Shown: positions 1 through 10,528 of the stretch, in pieces | Layout of the letters: each line of letters begins with the position of its first letter | Numbering within the stretch: position 1 is the first letter of the stretch | IMG/VR virus record: IMGVR_UViG_3300005672_000033 | Length of the DNA: 64,000 nucleotides | Strand: one strand, 5' to 3' | DNA from: an uncultured virus (IMG/VR IMGVR_UViG_3300005672_000033) | Taxonomy: Duplodnaviria; Heunggongvirae; Uroviricota; Caudoviricetes | Position numbers and translations under genes: made by a program | The notes under the pieces: generated by a model | Told to the model about the DNA's origin: nothing | Databases searched by the model: none | The model's input: the letters and a program-made list of their open reading frames with translations, nothing else

Positions 1-1
1 C

Positions 2-607
2 CCGCCGCCCGGCGGTCTGCAGCTGGGCGTGCACGTGATGAAGATCACGGCGTTGGTATCGAAGGCGCTCGAGCGCCAGTTCCTGACCGACATCGCGGTC
101 CCGTGGGTGCTCGACATCCTCAAGCTGCTCCCACTCGATGACCTGCAGATCCTTCCCAAGCAGGGGTCGCGCAACAGCATCAACGGCAGCTACTCGTGGG
201 GCGCGGGTCTCACGCTGTCGATCAACGCGGGGCGGAAGCGCAGCACGTGGGGCGGCACCCTCATTCCCGGCTCGTCATGGTCGGTATCGACGGCGGGCAC
301 GAGCAAGCGGTTGGCGATGCTCCGCACCTTCGTTCACGAGCTCGGGCACCACATCCACCTGCACGACCAACCGGTGCGGGGCGGCCGCGCGAGCCAGCTC
401 TCACAGCGGGTCGACGCGATCGTTGGCGTGGCGTTCGTTCGGTCGCGCGGCCCGATCACGATGTACGGGCAGCAAAGCGCACGAGAGTTCTTCGCCGAGT
501 CCTTCGCGGCCTACATGTTCGAGCGCGCTGCGCTTCAGCAGCATGATCCGGTCGCGTTCAAGATGGTCGTGGACGTCCTCGCGGCGCGTGGGCTCACGGT
601 GCGATGA
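2..607 (+). CDS. 5'-truncated protein ending in a zincin metallopeptidase domain (lethal-factor/MPTase-like); possibly the C-terminus of a MuF-type head protein
   Basis: Frame open from the window start; HELGHH (HExxH) plus downstream YGQQSAREFFAESFAAY; located next to packaging and head genes. Confidence 0.6.
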   Translation, partial: PPPGGLQLGVHVMKITALVSKALERQFLTDIAVPWVLDILKLLPLDDLQILPKQGSRNSINGSYSWGAGLTLSINAGRKRSTWGGTLIPGSSWSVSTAGTSKRLAMLRTFVHELGHHIHLHDQPVRGGRASQLSQRVDAIVGVAFVRSRGPITMYGQQSAREFFAESFAAYMFERAALQQHDPVAFKMVVDVLAARGLTVR

Positions 608-803
608 CCTCGAGCTCCTTGAGCCAGTCGGCCTCGGCGTAGAGGCAGAGCGCCTCGATGCCCTCGGCCTCGGGACCGTCGCCGAGCGCGGTCTCGGTCT
701 TCCGCCAGGCCTCGAAGAACTGTCGCTTCGTCAGGGTCCCGGCGGCGTGCGCGGCCTCGACGTTGGACAGGACTTCCTTGGCGGTGGCGAGATCTGCGGC
801 CAT
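594..803 (-). CDS. small acidic hypothetical protein
   Basis: 69-aa ORF with typical codon usage directly downstream of terL. Confidence 0.55.
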   Translation of the reverse strand: MAADLATAKEVLSNVEAAHAAGTLTKRQFFEAWRKTETALGDGPEAEGIEALCLYAEADWLKELEVIAP

Positions 804-823
804 GGACCTGTTCTACCACCCAT

Positions 824-2248
824 TCAGGTCGTGCTCACGCGGCCGCGGCGGCGGTCCGGGCGGATCCTCTCCCACTCGGAGACGAGCACGCGAAACGCGC
901 CGCTCGTCGCGTCGATGTCGTCGTCGACGCAGTCCTCGGTGCCGTCGTACGCCTCCAGCACGGCGAAGTAGGGGTAGGTCCAGTCGCCGCGCACGACGCT
1001 GATGTTCTTCTGATAGGCCTGCGAGCTCACGGGACGCGCGCGCACCAGCTTGCTGCCCTGCGGCGGGATCGCCTTGAACGCGTAGCCGGTGAGGGCCCGG
1101 AAGTAGGAGAAGGCCTCGAACTTCCCCGCGCTCGCGGGGTCCTGCTCGATCGCCACGATCGTGCCGCGCCCATCATCCTCGGCCGTCTTGAGGATGAGCT
1201 GCTCGACGCCCCCTGGCCCGAGCTGCGCGCGCACGGCGTGCTCGACGACGAAGCGCGGGCCGGGGAGCAAGCTCATGAGCACGCCGACCGTCCAGTCCCC
1301 GCCGCCGTCGGTGGCCGCGCGGTCCCAATACCGCACGCGGGCGAGCACGTTCGCGGGACGCCAATCGAGGAGCGGGAACCATTCCCGCTTGAAGTACATC
1401 CCGGCGGCCGGCTGGATGTTCCAATCGCCGTTGAGCATTCGTGCGCGCTCGAGCGGCGGGAGGTTGTGAAGGATCGCCTCGTACTCGGTGCCGGCGAGGA
1501 ACGGGTTGTCGGTGACGCGTGAGGGGATGAACGTCCGCGATAGCGGTTGGTGGACGTTGCACGGCTCTTGCGGCCGGCAACGGACGCACTTGGGGTCGTG
1601 CCATCGTCGCGACGTGACGATCTCGCGGCCGTGATCGTCCTTCCGAATCCACAGAATTTGCCCGGGGCGGGGCCGCGGGATCTGGCCCGCTTCGGTGAGC
1701 GCGCCCGGGTACGGCGCGATGCCGGGCTGCCACAGCCACGGGGCGAACCTCTTGAAGACCCAGCCGTGCCCAGGTCCGCCAGGGTTTGCGGCGGATCGCA
1801 CGTAGCCGATAAGGCCGTGCGCCGAGCGCAGGCGCGAGAAGAGGTACTCGTACGCCTTCGACGTCTTCTGCGTCGTGAGCTCGTCCCACGCGATGCACTG
1901 GAACGCGTCGCCCTGGTATTGGAGCGCGTCGTCGTGGCTGTCGACGTAGCCGCAGCGCACGCGGGCCCGCGACGGGAAGCGCCAGATCTTCTCGGTGACG
2001 TTGTAGCGGCCGCCGAGCGATGGGTAGATCTCCTTCGTCCGCTCGATCAGCGGCTGGAGCTCAGGGAAGGTGCGGCGAATCGCGATCGCCTGGTACTTGC
2101 CGTTGTCGACCCGCTCCCCGCAGTTGAGGATGAGAGCGTCTGTCTTGCCCCCGCCGGCGCTGCCGCCGTAGAGGACCTCTTTGGCAGGGCAGGCGAGGAA
2201 GGCCTCTTGCCGCGGCGTCGGCCGGAGTGACGTGCCGCCGTCGGCCAC
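824..2248 (-). CDS. terL: terminase large subunit
   Basis: PTPRQ Q-motif, Walker A GGSAGGGKT, Walker B IAWDE, ANPGG coupling motif, RNase H-like C-terminus (WDRA...DDDIDA). Confidence 0.93.
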   Translation of the reverse strand: MADGGTSLRPTPRQEAFLACPAKEVLYGGSAGGGKTDALILNCGERVDNGKYQAIAIRRTFPELQPLIERTKEIYPSLGGRYNVTEKIWRFPSRARVRCGYVDSHDDALQYQGDAFQCIAWDELTTQKTSKAYEYLFSRLRSAHGLIGYVRSAANPGGPGHGWVFKRFAPWLWQPGIAPYPGALTEAGQIPRPRPGQILWIRKDDHGREIVTSRRWHDPKCVRCRPQEPCNVHQPLSRTFIPSRVTDNPFLAGTEYEAILHNLPPLERARMLNGDWNIQPAAGMYFKREWFPLLDWRPANVLARVRYWDRAATDGGGDWTVGVLMSLLPGPRFVVEHAVRAQLGPGGVEQLILKTAEDDGRGTIVAIEQDPASAGKFEAFSYFRALTGYAFKAIPPQGSKLVRARPVSSQAYQKNISVVRGDWTYPYFAVLEAYDGTEDCVDDDIDATSGAFRVLVSEWERIRPDRRRGRVSTT

Positions 2249-2251
2249 GGA

Positions 2252-2786
2252 TCAGCCCTCTCCGGATTCCTCGCTCGTCTCGCCAGGCGGAGCTTCAGGT
2301 GGAGCTGGTTCTGCCGGCGCCGGCGACATCGTCTCGAGAGGCTCGTCGTCCGGGAGCTCGGCCTTCTGCGGCAGGTAGATCTTGATCGGCTCGGCCGTCG
2401 AGGTCTCGANNCTGCTTCTCGACGTAGCCGCGATGCCGGCCCTGCGTCCGCAGGTAGAAGCAGAGCGCCCCGAGGTTGCCCTTCTTCATCGCGTCCATGA
2501 GTTTCGACTCGGCGAAGTCCGTGAGGTCCTCGCGGATCTCCTTCGTGAGCGCCGTCAGCTTCGCGTTCCGCTTCACGCGCGCGTCCAGCGTCGACCGTGT
2601 GATCCCGAGCATGCGCGCCGCGTCAGCCAGCAGCGCGCCCGATGCCCAGAGGGCCTGCTCGATCTCTTCGACGGTGACCCCCTTCTTCGACTTCGGGTGC
2701 TTGCCCTCGAGCCCGGGACGCACGCGCGCCGGAGTCTTTCGCCACGGTGCCGTCCGCTTCTCGCGCAGCGTCTTGGGCTTGGTCAT
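2252..2786 (-). CDS. terS: probable terminase small subunit (frame broken by nn gap at ~2410)
   Basis: HTH (LADAARMLGITRSTL), DFAESKL...FYLRTQGRHRGYVEKQ motif, directly upstream of terL. Confidence 0.7.
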
Positions 2787-3001
2787 TGCGGGTCCTTCGC
2801 GGGCGCGAGGACGAGCTCGACGCTCAGCTCGAGGGCCTTCGCGTAGCGCACGATGGTCGACTCGAGGAGCGGGTTCTGCCCGGACTCGATTCGGCAGATC
2901 GCGCTCGGCCGGACCCGCATGCGCTTGGCCAGCTCGCAGATCCGGACCTTCCTCGCGACCCGGGCCTGGCGGAGCACGCTCCCAAAGACGTTCACACGCA
3001 T
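2783..3001 (-). CDS. XRE-family HTH protein
   Basis: LRQARVARKVRICELAKRM...ICRIESG...TIVRYAKAL. Confidence 0.8.
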   Translation of the reverse strand: MRVNVFGSVLRQARVARKVRICELAKRMRVRPSAICRIESGQNPLLESTIVRYAKALELSVELVLAPAKDPQ

Positions 3002-3037
3002 AGGAATGCTCGGCCCCCCCGGCAGATGTCGCGTCGG

Positions 3038-3079
3038 CGCCGGCTCGGACCGCCTCGGCCGGCCGCACACCCTCGCGTC
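3038..3079 (+). promoter_or_regulatory. putative leaderless late promoter, copy 1
   Basis: CGCCGGCTCG at 3038, -10-like CACCCT, GTG at 3080 (42 nt after motif start). Confidence 0.6.
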
Positions 3080-4502
3080 GTGGACCACCTCGAGACCGTN
3101 NGGCCAAGGACGCCATCGCCCAGATCGACCTGCTGAAGCGCCGGAAGCCCACGAACAAGGCCGACTACCAGGGCATCGGCGTGCGCATCGATCGCCCCAA
3201 GGGCCACGTGCAGCGGGGCACCGACGATGCGGGCGAGGCCTGGGAGCGTACCTACAAGACGGACTACGGGTACATCCCGCGGACCGAGGGCGGCGACCTC
3301 GAGGAGCTCGACGTCTACATGGGGCCCGAGCCCGGCGCCGAGTACGCGCACTGGGTCGTGCAGAACAAGGCCGACGGCAGCTTCGACGAGTACAAGCTGA
3401 TGCTCGGCTTCCCCGACCGGGCCGCGGCGCGGAAGATGTGGGAGGACCACACGCCGGCCAAGTACTTCGGCGGGCTGGTCACCACCGAGATCGGCGTCGT
3501 GAAGTCGCTCCTGGGGGTCCACCCGGGGAAGGCGCCGTCGACCGAGGAGCGGGTAGGAAAGAGCGTCGACGACTTCGTCCTCAAGTGGCTCGACGCCCGT
3601 GGGCTGCTCGAGCACGAAGCCGCGGCGCAGGCTGTGTTCCAGGCCGCGAACGACGCGATCGACGCACCGACGCGCGAGCTCCNNGGCGTTCGACGCCGCG
3701 GCGCTGGCGGCAGGGGAGCGGGGCGAGCTCGCCGTGACCACCGTCCGGCGCGTGTTCGGGACGGAGACGTTGGCGAAGGAGTCGACCGACGCGCGCACCT
3801 CGAAGGAGTACTCGTTCGATGACATCCGGCAGGCCGTGCTCGCCGCGGTCGAGGCCANNCGAGCCCGAGGAAGGCAAGTGCCGGTACGCGTACGTCAACG
3901 AGATCTACGACGACCACGCGATCGTCGAGGTCACGCTGGGCTCGGGCTACAAGTACTTCAGCGTCGACTACGTCTTCGCCGACGGCGACGCGAAGCTCAC
4001 CAGCAAGCCGCGGGAAATGCGGCGCACCTACGTGCCCGTCGAGGAGCCGCGGATGTTCTCGTTCGGCAAGGCCGAGGGAGAGCCCGACGTCGAGATCGTG
4101 AAGGCCGAGACGCGCGGCGAGCTGCGCTACACGCTCGGCGTCGTCCTCGCGCCGGACACGGTCGATTCGCAGGGCGACACGTACACGGCCGAGACGGTGC
4201 GGGCTGCCGCGTGGGACTACCTCCAGAAGTCGCGCGTCGTCGGCATCCAGCACAAGGAGGATGCGGCTGGGCGCGCCGTGCTGGTCGAGAGCTTCATTGC
4301 CCCGATCGATCTCGACCTCGGCGGGCGCGTGGTGAAGGCGGGCACCTGGCTGGCCGGCCACCACTGGCCCGACGACACGCTCTGGGCTGCGGTGAAGGCC
4401 GGCAAGATGACTGGGCTGAGCATCGGCGGGATCGCTCAGCGCATTCCGGTCGACGAGGCGGAAGAGGGCGCGCCGGCTCGCGACGCTGCTGGCGCTCCGT
4501 AG
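3080..4502 (+). CDS. probable fusion of an inorganic-pyrophosphatase-like (InPase) domain and an XkdF-like prohead serine protease; interrupted by nn gaps at ~3100, ~3683 and ~3858
   Basis: YGYIPRTEGGDLEELDVYMG...FDEYKLMLGF (InPase-like); GVVLAPDTVDSQGD...QH...VESFIAP...GTW...GKMTGLSIGG (XkdF/S78-like). Confidence 0.7.
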
Positions 4503-4512
4503 CGTCGAGCCC
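4471..4512 (+). promoter_or_regulatory. putative leaderless late promoter, copy 2
   Basis: CGCCGGCTCG at 4471, TAGCGT at 4500, GTG at 4513. Confidence 0.6.
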
Positions 4513-5289
4513 GTGAACCAGAACCGCAAGGCCAAGTTCAGGCTCGAGCGGATCAGGGTCAAGGAGGTCAGCGGCGTCGACCGACCCGCGAACCTCGAGC
4601 CCTTCCTAGTCGTGAAGAGGGATTCGATGGCCGACGAGACGCAGACGGAAGAGGAGACCGAGAAGGCGGTGCCGCCGCCTCCGCCCGCTGCGGCCGCGCC
4701 GGCACCACCCGTTGCCCCGGCTCCCGCGCCCGCCCCGCCGCAGGCCGGCAAGCTCGGCCCGCTCTCGACCGCGACCAAGGACATGGTCCTCGAAGCGGCG
4801 AAGAGCACCATCGAGTCGATCCAGGGGATCGCGATGGCGGTGGGCGAGGCACCGACCGACGACAACGCGGCCGCGCCTCCCGAGCTCGCCGCGAGCTTCA
4901 CCGCCGCGATGGGCAAGCTCCAGCAGCTCGTCCACGCGGTGTCGGCGCCGTCGGCTCCGCCCGCTGCTCCGGCGCCCCCCGCCGCACCGCAGCCGCCTCC
5001 GGCCGCGCCCGCGATGAAGGCGGAGATGAGCGAGGACGCGATCAAGACGCTCGTCGACGGCCTCGCCGCCGGCGTCGCCAAGTCGATCGCCCAGTCGCAG
5101 GCCGAGCTGCGAGGCGCGATCGACAAGCTCGCCACGACCGTCCAGGTCGCGACGGCGAAGAGCGTTCTCAAGTCCGGCCTCCCCGTCGGCAACGGCCAGC
5201 GAGGGGATGAGGAACAGGAGCCCAAGCCGGCTCCTCACGTCTGGCCCGAAGACATCGCAGCGTCCGCGAAGAAGAGGGCGGCGCGCTAG
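4513..5289 (+). CDS. probable capsid scaffolding protein
   Basis: Lies between protease and capsid genes; N-terminal EVSGVDRPAN motif; Pro/Ala-rich and helical; possible internal start at 4627 (MADETQ). Confidence 0.6.
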   Translation: MNQNRKAKFRLERIRVKEVSGVDRPANLEPFLVVKRDSMADETQTEEETEKAVPPPPPAAAAPAPPVAPAPAPAPPQAGKLGPLSTATKDMVLEAAKSTIESIQGIAMAVGEAPTDDNAAAPPELAASFTAAMGKLQQLVHAVSAPSAPPAAPAPPAAPQPPPAAPAMKAEMSEDAIKTLVDGLAAGVAKSIAQSQAELRGAIDKLATTVQVATAKSVLKSGLPVGNGQRGDEEQEPKPAPHVWPEDIAASAKKRAAR

Positions 5290-5304
5290 CGCCGAGGAGA
5301 AATC

Positions 5305-6267
5305 ATGGCTCCCAACGATCAGTTCATTGCGAAGGCCGACGAGTTCGTGGCGCAGCTGGCCCCCGGCGGTCTGCTCATCGCCGAGCAGGCGACGGACTTC
5401 TTCGAGATCGCCACGCTGAAGTCGAAGCTCCTCTCGGCGGCCGACGTCATGACGACGGAGAACCCGCAATACGAGCGGGACAAGATCGGCTTTCTCGGTG
5501 AGGTCCTGAAGCCGGCGACCGAGGGCGAGGCCCTCGTCGAGGCGGAGCGCTCGGCTCCGACCCACGGCAAGGTGACCTTCACGCCGAAGGAATACATCGC
5601 CGAGATCCACATCTCGTACGACGCGGTCGAGGACAACATCAAGCGCGACCGCTTCCCCGAGTACTTGAAGGGGTTGGCCGCCAAGGCAGTCGCGCGCGAC
5701 ATCGAGAAGGCGATCATCCAGGGCGACACCGCGGGCACCGGGAGTCGCCTGCTCAAGAGCATCGACGGTCTGATCAAGACCGCGACCTCGCACCCCGTCG
5801 CCGGCGGTGGCTCGCGCTTCAACAAGAACATCGTCACCAAGATGCTTCGGTCGATGCCGGAGCAGTACGAAAGCGACGAGCCGTCGTGGAAGTTCCTCAC
5901 GAACAAGAACGCCGCGATCGACTTCTGGGACTTCTTTGGCGACCGCCAGACGACCGGCGGTGACGACGCGCGCATCGGCGCACCGGTCGGCTCCGAGCGT
6001 GCGGGCCGATACGGCTTCGCGGGCGGCGTCGAAATCATGTCGATCCCGCTCTGGCCGCGCAACCTCGGCGGAACGACCGACCGCACCACGGTGATCCTCT
6101 GCGATCCCAAGAACATCGGCGTCTGCTTCCGCCGCGATGTCACGATCGAGGCGCAAAAGAACATCAAGAAGCGCCTCTACGAGGTCGTCTTCACCGTCCG
6201 CTTCGACGCGAAGTGGATCCACGAGGACGCCGTGGTGCAGGCGTCCGACATCCTCGCGTCGCCCTGA
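5305..6267 (+). CDS. major capsid protein (HK97 fold, XkdG-like)
   Basis: 320 aa, RBS GAGGAG, GGLLIAEQA...ISYDAVEDNI...RDIEKAIIQGD...R-F-D C-terminal pattern. Confidence 0.88.
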   Translation: MAPNDQFIAKADEFVAQLAPGGLLIAEQATDFFEIATLKSKLLSAADVMTTENPQYERDKIGFLGEVLKPATEGEALVEAERSAPTHGKVTFTPKEYIAEIHISYDAVEDNIKRDRFPEYLKGLAAKAVARDIEKAIIQGDTAGTGSRLLKSIDGLIKTATSHPVAGGGSRFNKNIVTKMLRSMPEQYESDEPSWKFLTNKNAAIDFWDFFGDRQTTGGDDARIGAPVGSERAGRYGFAGGVEIMSIPLWPRNLGGTTDRTTVILCDPKNIGVCFRRDVTIEAQKNIKKRLYEVVFTVRFDAKWIHEDAVVQASDILASP

Positions 6268-6312
6268 TCGTCGGGACCATCAGACCAAGAACCACGAACC
6301 GGAGAAACAGAG

Positions 6313-6618
6313 ATGGCTCTCACGAACATGACGGTGGTCGAGAAGACGAGCGACGAGTTCAGCCACATGGACGTCGTCACCTGCCTCGGTCCGGCGTCCT
6401 ACGCCACCGGCGGCGAGCTCTTCGACGCGGCGTTCCAGGACGCGGTCGGTCATGACAAGAAGGCGCTCTTCGTGTCGGGCTACGGCGGCGACTACCATGT
6501 CGAGTACATTCCCTCGACCGGCAAGCTGAAGATCCGGAACCCGGCCGACGGCGCCGAGGTCACGGCTGCCGTCAACCTCAGCGGGGTCACGTTCCGGCTC
6601 GCGGTCTGGTCGAAGTAG
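6313..6618 (+). CDS. putative head decoration/virion protein
   Basis: RBS GGAGA, follows the capsid gene, beta-rich (SYATGGE motif). Confidence 0.55.
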   Translation: MALTNMTVVEKTSDEFSHMDVVTCLGPASYATGGELFDAAFQDAVGHDKKALFVSGYGGDYHVEYIPSTGKLKIRNPADGAEVTAAVNLSGVTFRLAVWSK

Positions 6619-6627
6619 GGCCAGCCG

Positions 6628-7041
6628 ATGCCGGAGATTCGCATCCGCGACGGGCTCCCGTGCAAGGGGGTGGCTTTGCCCACCACCTTCGTGGAGCCCG
6701 GTCGCTGGTACGAGGTCGAGGCCGACGTCGCCGCCTACGCGGCGACGGTGCGCCTCCACCCGACCAGCGCGACCTCGCCGCTCGTCTTCGAGGTGCGCGA
6801 GGCGAACGCGACGGCGCCGCCGGCACCGGCACCCGAGCCCGAGCTCATCGGCGAGTCGGAGCCTCAGGCAGGCGACGTCGGCGAGGGCGGATCGGGCGAG
6901 GCGCGGGGCGAAGCCACGGAGGCGGGCGGGGAAGAGGTCACCGCTTCGCCGGCCATCGAGACCGCGGCGGAGCCGCCGGTTCGAGCTCGTCGACGTCGCG
7001 ACGTGGGGGAGCCGGGGAAGGAAGGAGGAGGTCGTGCCTGA
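6628..7041 (+). CDS. hypothetical protein with acidic low-complexity tail
   Basis: ORF in the structural operon. Confidence 0.55.
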   Translation: MPEIRIRDGLPCKGVALPTTFVEPGRWYEVEADVAAYAATVRLHPTSATSPLVFEVREANATAPPAPAPEPELIGESEPQAGDVGEGGSGEARGEATEAGGEEVTASPAIETAAEPPVRARRRRDVGEPGKEGGGRA

Positions 7042-7522
7042 GATCGTCTTCGCCAGCGTCGGTGCGCCCCAGAGCCTCTTCTTCTCGTTGCTCGCAGGGC
7101 TCCTCTTCTTCGCGATGGCCCTCAACGCGCGCACGCGCGTGGCCTCCCGGAACGCTGCCCTCGATGCCGCGTTCCCTTCGGCGCTCGACGGTGGCTTCCT
7201 GCGCATCTACGACGGGACCCAGCCGACGAACGCCGACACAGCGCTTGGCGCCCAGGTGCTGCTCGCCGAGCTGGCGTTGAACGCCACCGCCTTCGCCGCG
7301 GCTTCTGGAGGGTCCAAGGCGGCCAACGCCATTGCGGACGACACGAGCGCGAATGCGACTGGGACGGCCACGTGGGGCTCGATCGTGACGTCGGGCGGCA
7401 CGCGCTACATGGACTTCGAGGTCGGCACCTCCGGCGCCAACCTCAATCTCAACTCGGTGGCGATCCAGGCCGGGGCGCGCGTCTCGGTCTCGTCCTTCAC
7501 CATCACGCAGGCGGTCCAGTGA
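7034..7522 (+). CDS. putative virion structural protein
   Basis: RBS GGAGGAGG; LRIYDGTQP...ANATGTATW...VGTSGANLNLNS pattern typical of phage virion proteins. Confidence 0.65.
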   Translation: MPEIVFASVGAPQSLFFSLLAGLLFFAMALNARTRVASRNAALDAAFPSALDGGFLRIYDGTQPTNADTALGAQVLLAELALNATAFAAASGGSKAANAIADDTSANATGTATWGSIVTSGGTRYMDFEVGTSGANLNLNSVAIQAGARVSVSSFTITQAVQ

Positions 7523-7809
7523 AGACGGTCACGCTCCTTCGACACCAGGTGGCCGGGTACCTCCACGACTTTCCGTTCGCCGAGGAGCCGTCAGCGGAGC
7601 AGCTCAAGCCCATCGCCGAGCTCATGGCTCGTCGGCACGGCACCAAGCACCCGAAGACCGGCGAGCCGTACTGGCTTCGCGCCGAGACCTTCTCCGTGCT
7701 CGGAGCCACGGAACTGCCAGCGGTCACGATGCCCGGAGCGGGCGGCGCCAACCTGGCCGGGCTCGGCTCGGTGGGCGTGCAGGGCGAGGGCACGGTCACC
7801 GATCCGTAG
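7519..7809 (+). CDS. hypothetical protein
   Basis: GTGA overlap with the upstream stop codon. Confidence 0.55.
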   Translation: MKTVTLLRHQVAGYLHDFPFAEEPSAEQLKPIAELMARRHGTKHPKTGEPYWLRAETFSVLGATELPAVTMPGAGGANLAGLGSVGVQGEGTVTDP

Positions 7810-7837
7810 GGTCCGCGAGGCCCGATAGGGGTTTCGC

Positions 7838-10525
7838 ATGGCTCTGCGGCAGAAGACCGTCATCTTCGCGTTTCCGACGTACACCTCGACGTCGNNTCAC
7901 GAACCTGACCCAGATCACCGTCTACATCCCCGAGGCGGTGCGGGGCTTCGTGTCGGTCTTCGTGGACCTGGGGCTGCAAGACGTCATCACGGCGACGGGC
8001 GGGACGATCACCGAGCATCGTTGCGGGCTGAGGCTGGGAGCCGCCGGCTACACGACGATCACCGAGACGGACGACATCACGAACTCGGGCGAGAAGGTCG
8101 CTGGCGTGGTCGGACCGTTCGACTTCACGCAGCACTTCACGGCCAACTGGACCGGCACGTCGATGACGTGCGACGTGCAGTTCTACACCGCGCAGAGCTC
8201 GGGCACGACGACCGGCATGCGCAACGTCACGGCGATGCTCTACGTGACGTACCTCTACGACGACGACCCGAGCGTCAACGCGACGCAGATCAAGACCGCG
8301 ATCGTCCCGCTCGAGTCGTTAACCGGTGCGCTGACGACGACGTCGAACAGCAACATCGGCTCGAACCAGATCCCCCAGCTCACGAGCAGCGGCCTCTTGC
8401 CGGAGGCTTCGGTGACGATCCGCGATTGGTACATCGTCATCGAGGGCAATGAGGGGGTGAACAACGCGACCACCGACTGGACGCTCAACTGCAACATCGA
8501 TAGCGGCGGCTCGCCGTTCGCGTTTGGTGTGCAGGAGGCCGCGCTGGCGTCGGACGTCTTCTGCCGGTGGATCTACAAGCCGAGCGTCCCCAGTACGACG
8601 GCCGCGCACCAGTTTCAGATGTGGTGCACGAGCGCGGGGCGGCTCAACCACGGCTGCATCACGCTCTACGTCACCTACGAGTTCAACGCGGCGAGCACGA
8701 CTCGAACCCTGGTGACCGCGCTGCTCCCGCTCGAGCTGTCGACGCCGGTCGGCATCACGACCACCCTAGATGCCTCCCGGTTTCGTCGCGACTTTCTCAT
8801 CGAGGACCCCGGCACGATCACGCTGCGGCAGTCGGCGTTCCGCATGCACTTCAACACGACCGCCGCGGTCGCTGGCCTCGCCTGGTACGCGGGTTCTCAA
8901 GCATCGCGGGCCTACACCCACGTCGGCAACGTCGTCTGCGGCATGTACTGCCTCCAGCAACGGATCGACGTCGACGCGGGCGGCGCGCAGGGGGCCGGGA
9001 TCTCGATCGCTCGCGGCCGAAACAGCATCGTGGTCAACGGCTTTGCCACAGACACGACCGACCAGGGTACGAACGTCTCCGGGCTGGTGATTCTGAACTA
9101 CGAGGCCGACGTCGGCCCGGAGGGCATCGGTCAGAACACGCACTCGGTCTTTCAGGTGGTGCGGCAGTGGGATGCGGCGGTCGCTGACCGCAAGCGCACG
9201 CCGTGGAAGTTCGAGATCGCCGAGGCCCACTACTGGGTCGTCGCCGTGGGGTTCCAGCTCTACCTCTGGACCCAGACCGCTGGGATGGGCATCTCGGTGG
9301 ACGTCGAGATCTTCGCGAGCGAGGGCAAGGGCGGCGGCTACGCCGAGCTCTACGCCGACTGCTACCAGGGGGACAACGAGCGCGCCTGCACCCTCGTCTG
9401 GATGCGCGCCCGAGACGTGTACAAGCGCTGCCCCGACGATCTCGACGACCAGCGCATCGCGATCGAGGTCGAGCGCGACTTCCGCACCTACTGCACCACG
9501 ACCTCTGCCGTCGGCGCGTTCGGCATGGTGACGTACCACTCGTTCACCTACGAGGTGGCCGCGGACTTCAACGGCACCGAGGCTGGAGACGGGAGCGGGG
9601 TCACCGTCGAGGTCTTCATGTCGGACGACGGGTCGAAGGTCGCCGAGACGGTGTCGGAGGTCGGGGGCTCCTTCAGCGCGCTCGTTTACGACAACGCGGT
9701 CGCGCACTTTTGCACGGCGCGCGAGGACGGGACCCACGTGGGCCGGAGCGACAATGACACGCCGGTCGCGATCGCGGCGCCGGCGGTGGATGTGGCGGCA
9801 CGGATGGGCGAGCTCCCGTCCCCGCTCGTGCTGCTCCTGCGGTCCACGGCCACGCTGAGCGAGTCGGGCGGCGTCGTGACATCGTGGGCCGACTCGGGCC
9901 CGAACGGCTACTCGACGACGCTCGCTGGCACCGTGGGCCCCGACTACGAGAGCGACGCGCTCGGTGACGGTTCGGGGTACGGCATGGAGGTCGCGGTCAG
10001 GTCGCGGTCACCGACATTGGCAGCGGGACCACCGGACGCGGTGGGTTGCGGGTCAACAGCGTCGACTTCACGAGCGACGCGGCTCGCCGCAACTTCACGG
10101 CGTTCGCGACCTTCCGTGTCGACACCTTCACCTCGGCGGGCGGGTGCATCATTGGCTTCGGCGCGGCCAACTACAGCATCTACGAGGTCAACAGCGGTGA
10201 CCTCCGCTACTTCTATGGCTCTGCCGAGGTGAGCGTGACGCTGCCGCTGGTGATCGGCATCGCGTACCGCCTCGTCGTCGTCAGCAACACGACGGCCAAC
10301 GGGGGCACGCAGATCTTCTTGAACGGCAAGCTCGTGCTCTCCGGGGTCCAGGCGCCGGCCGGGCTCACGATGACCGACATCTGTTTCGGGTCGAACAACA
10401 ACACGGGCTCTGGACTCTACTCCCTGCGGGGCAAGATCGTGAACTGCGGCGCCTTCGGTCAGGCTTTCAATGCCGAGCAGGTCGGCCGGCTCGACAAGCT
10501 GATGGCGTACGAGCGGTGGGGGTAG
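7838..10525 (+). CDS. large virion protein with C-terminal LamG/concanavalin-like domain; broken by an nn gap (~7895) and an 11-bp duplication (9988-10009)
   Basis: ORF pieces 7838, 7938..10232 and 10046..10525; removing one AGGTCGCGGTC copy joins the last two in frame (MEVAVTDIGSGTTGRGGLRVNS). Confidence 0.65.
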
Positions 10526-10528
10526 CGC

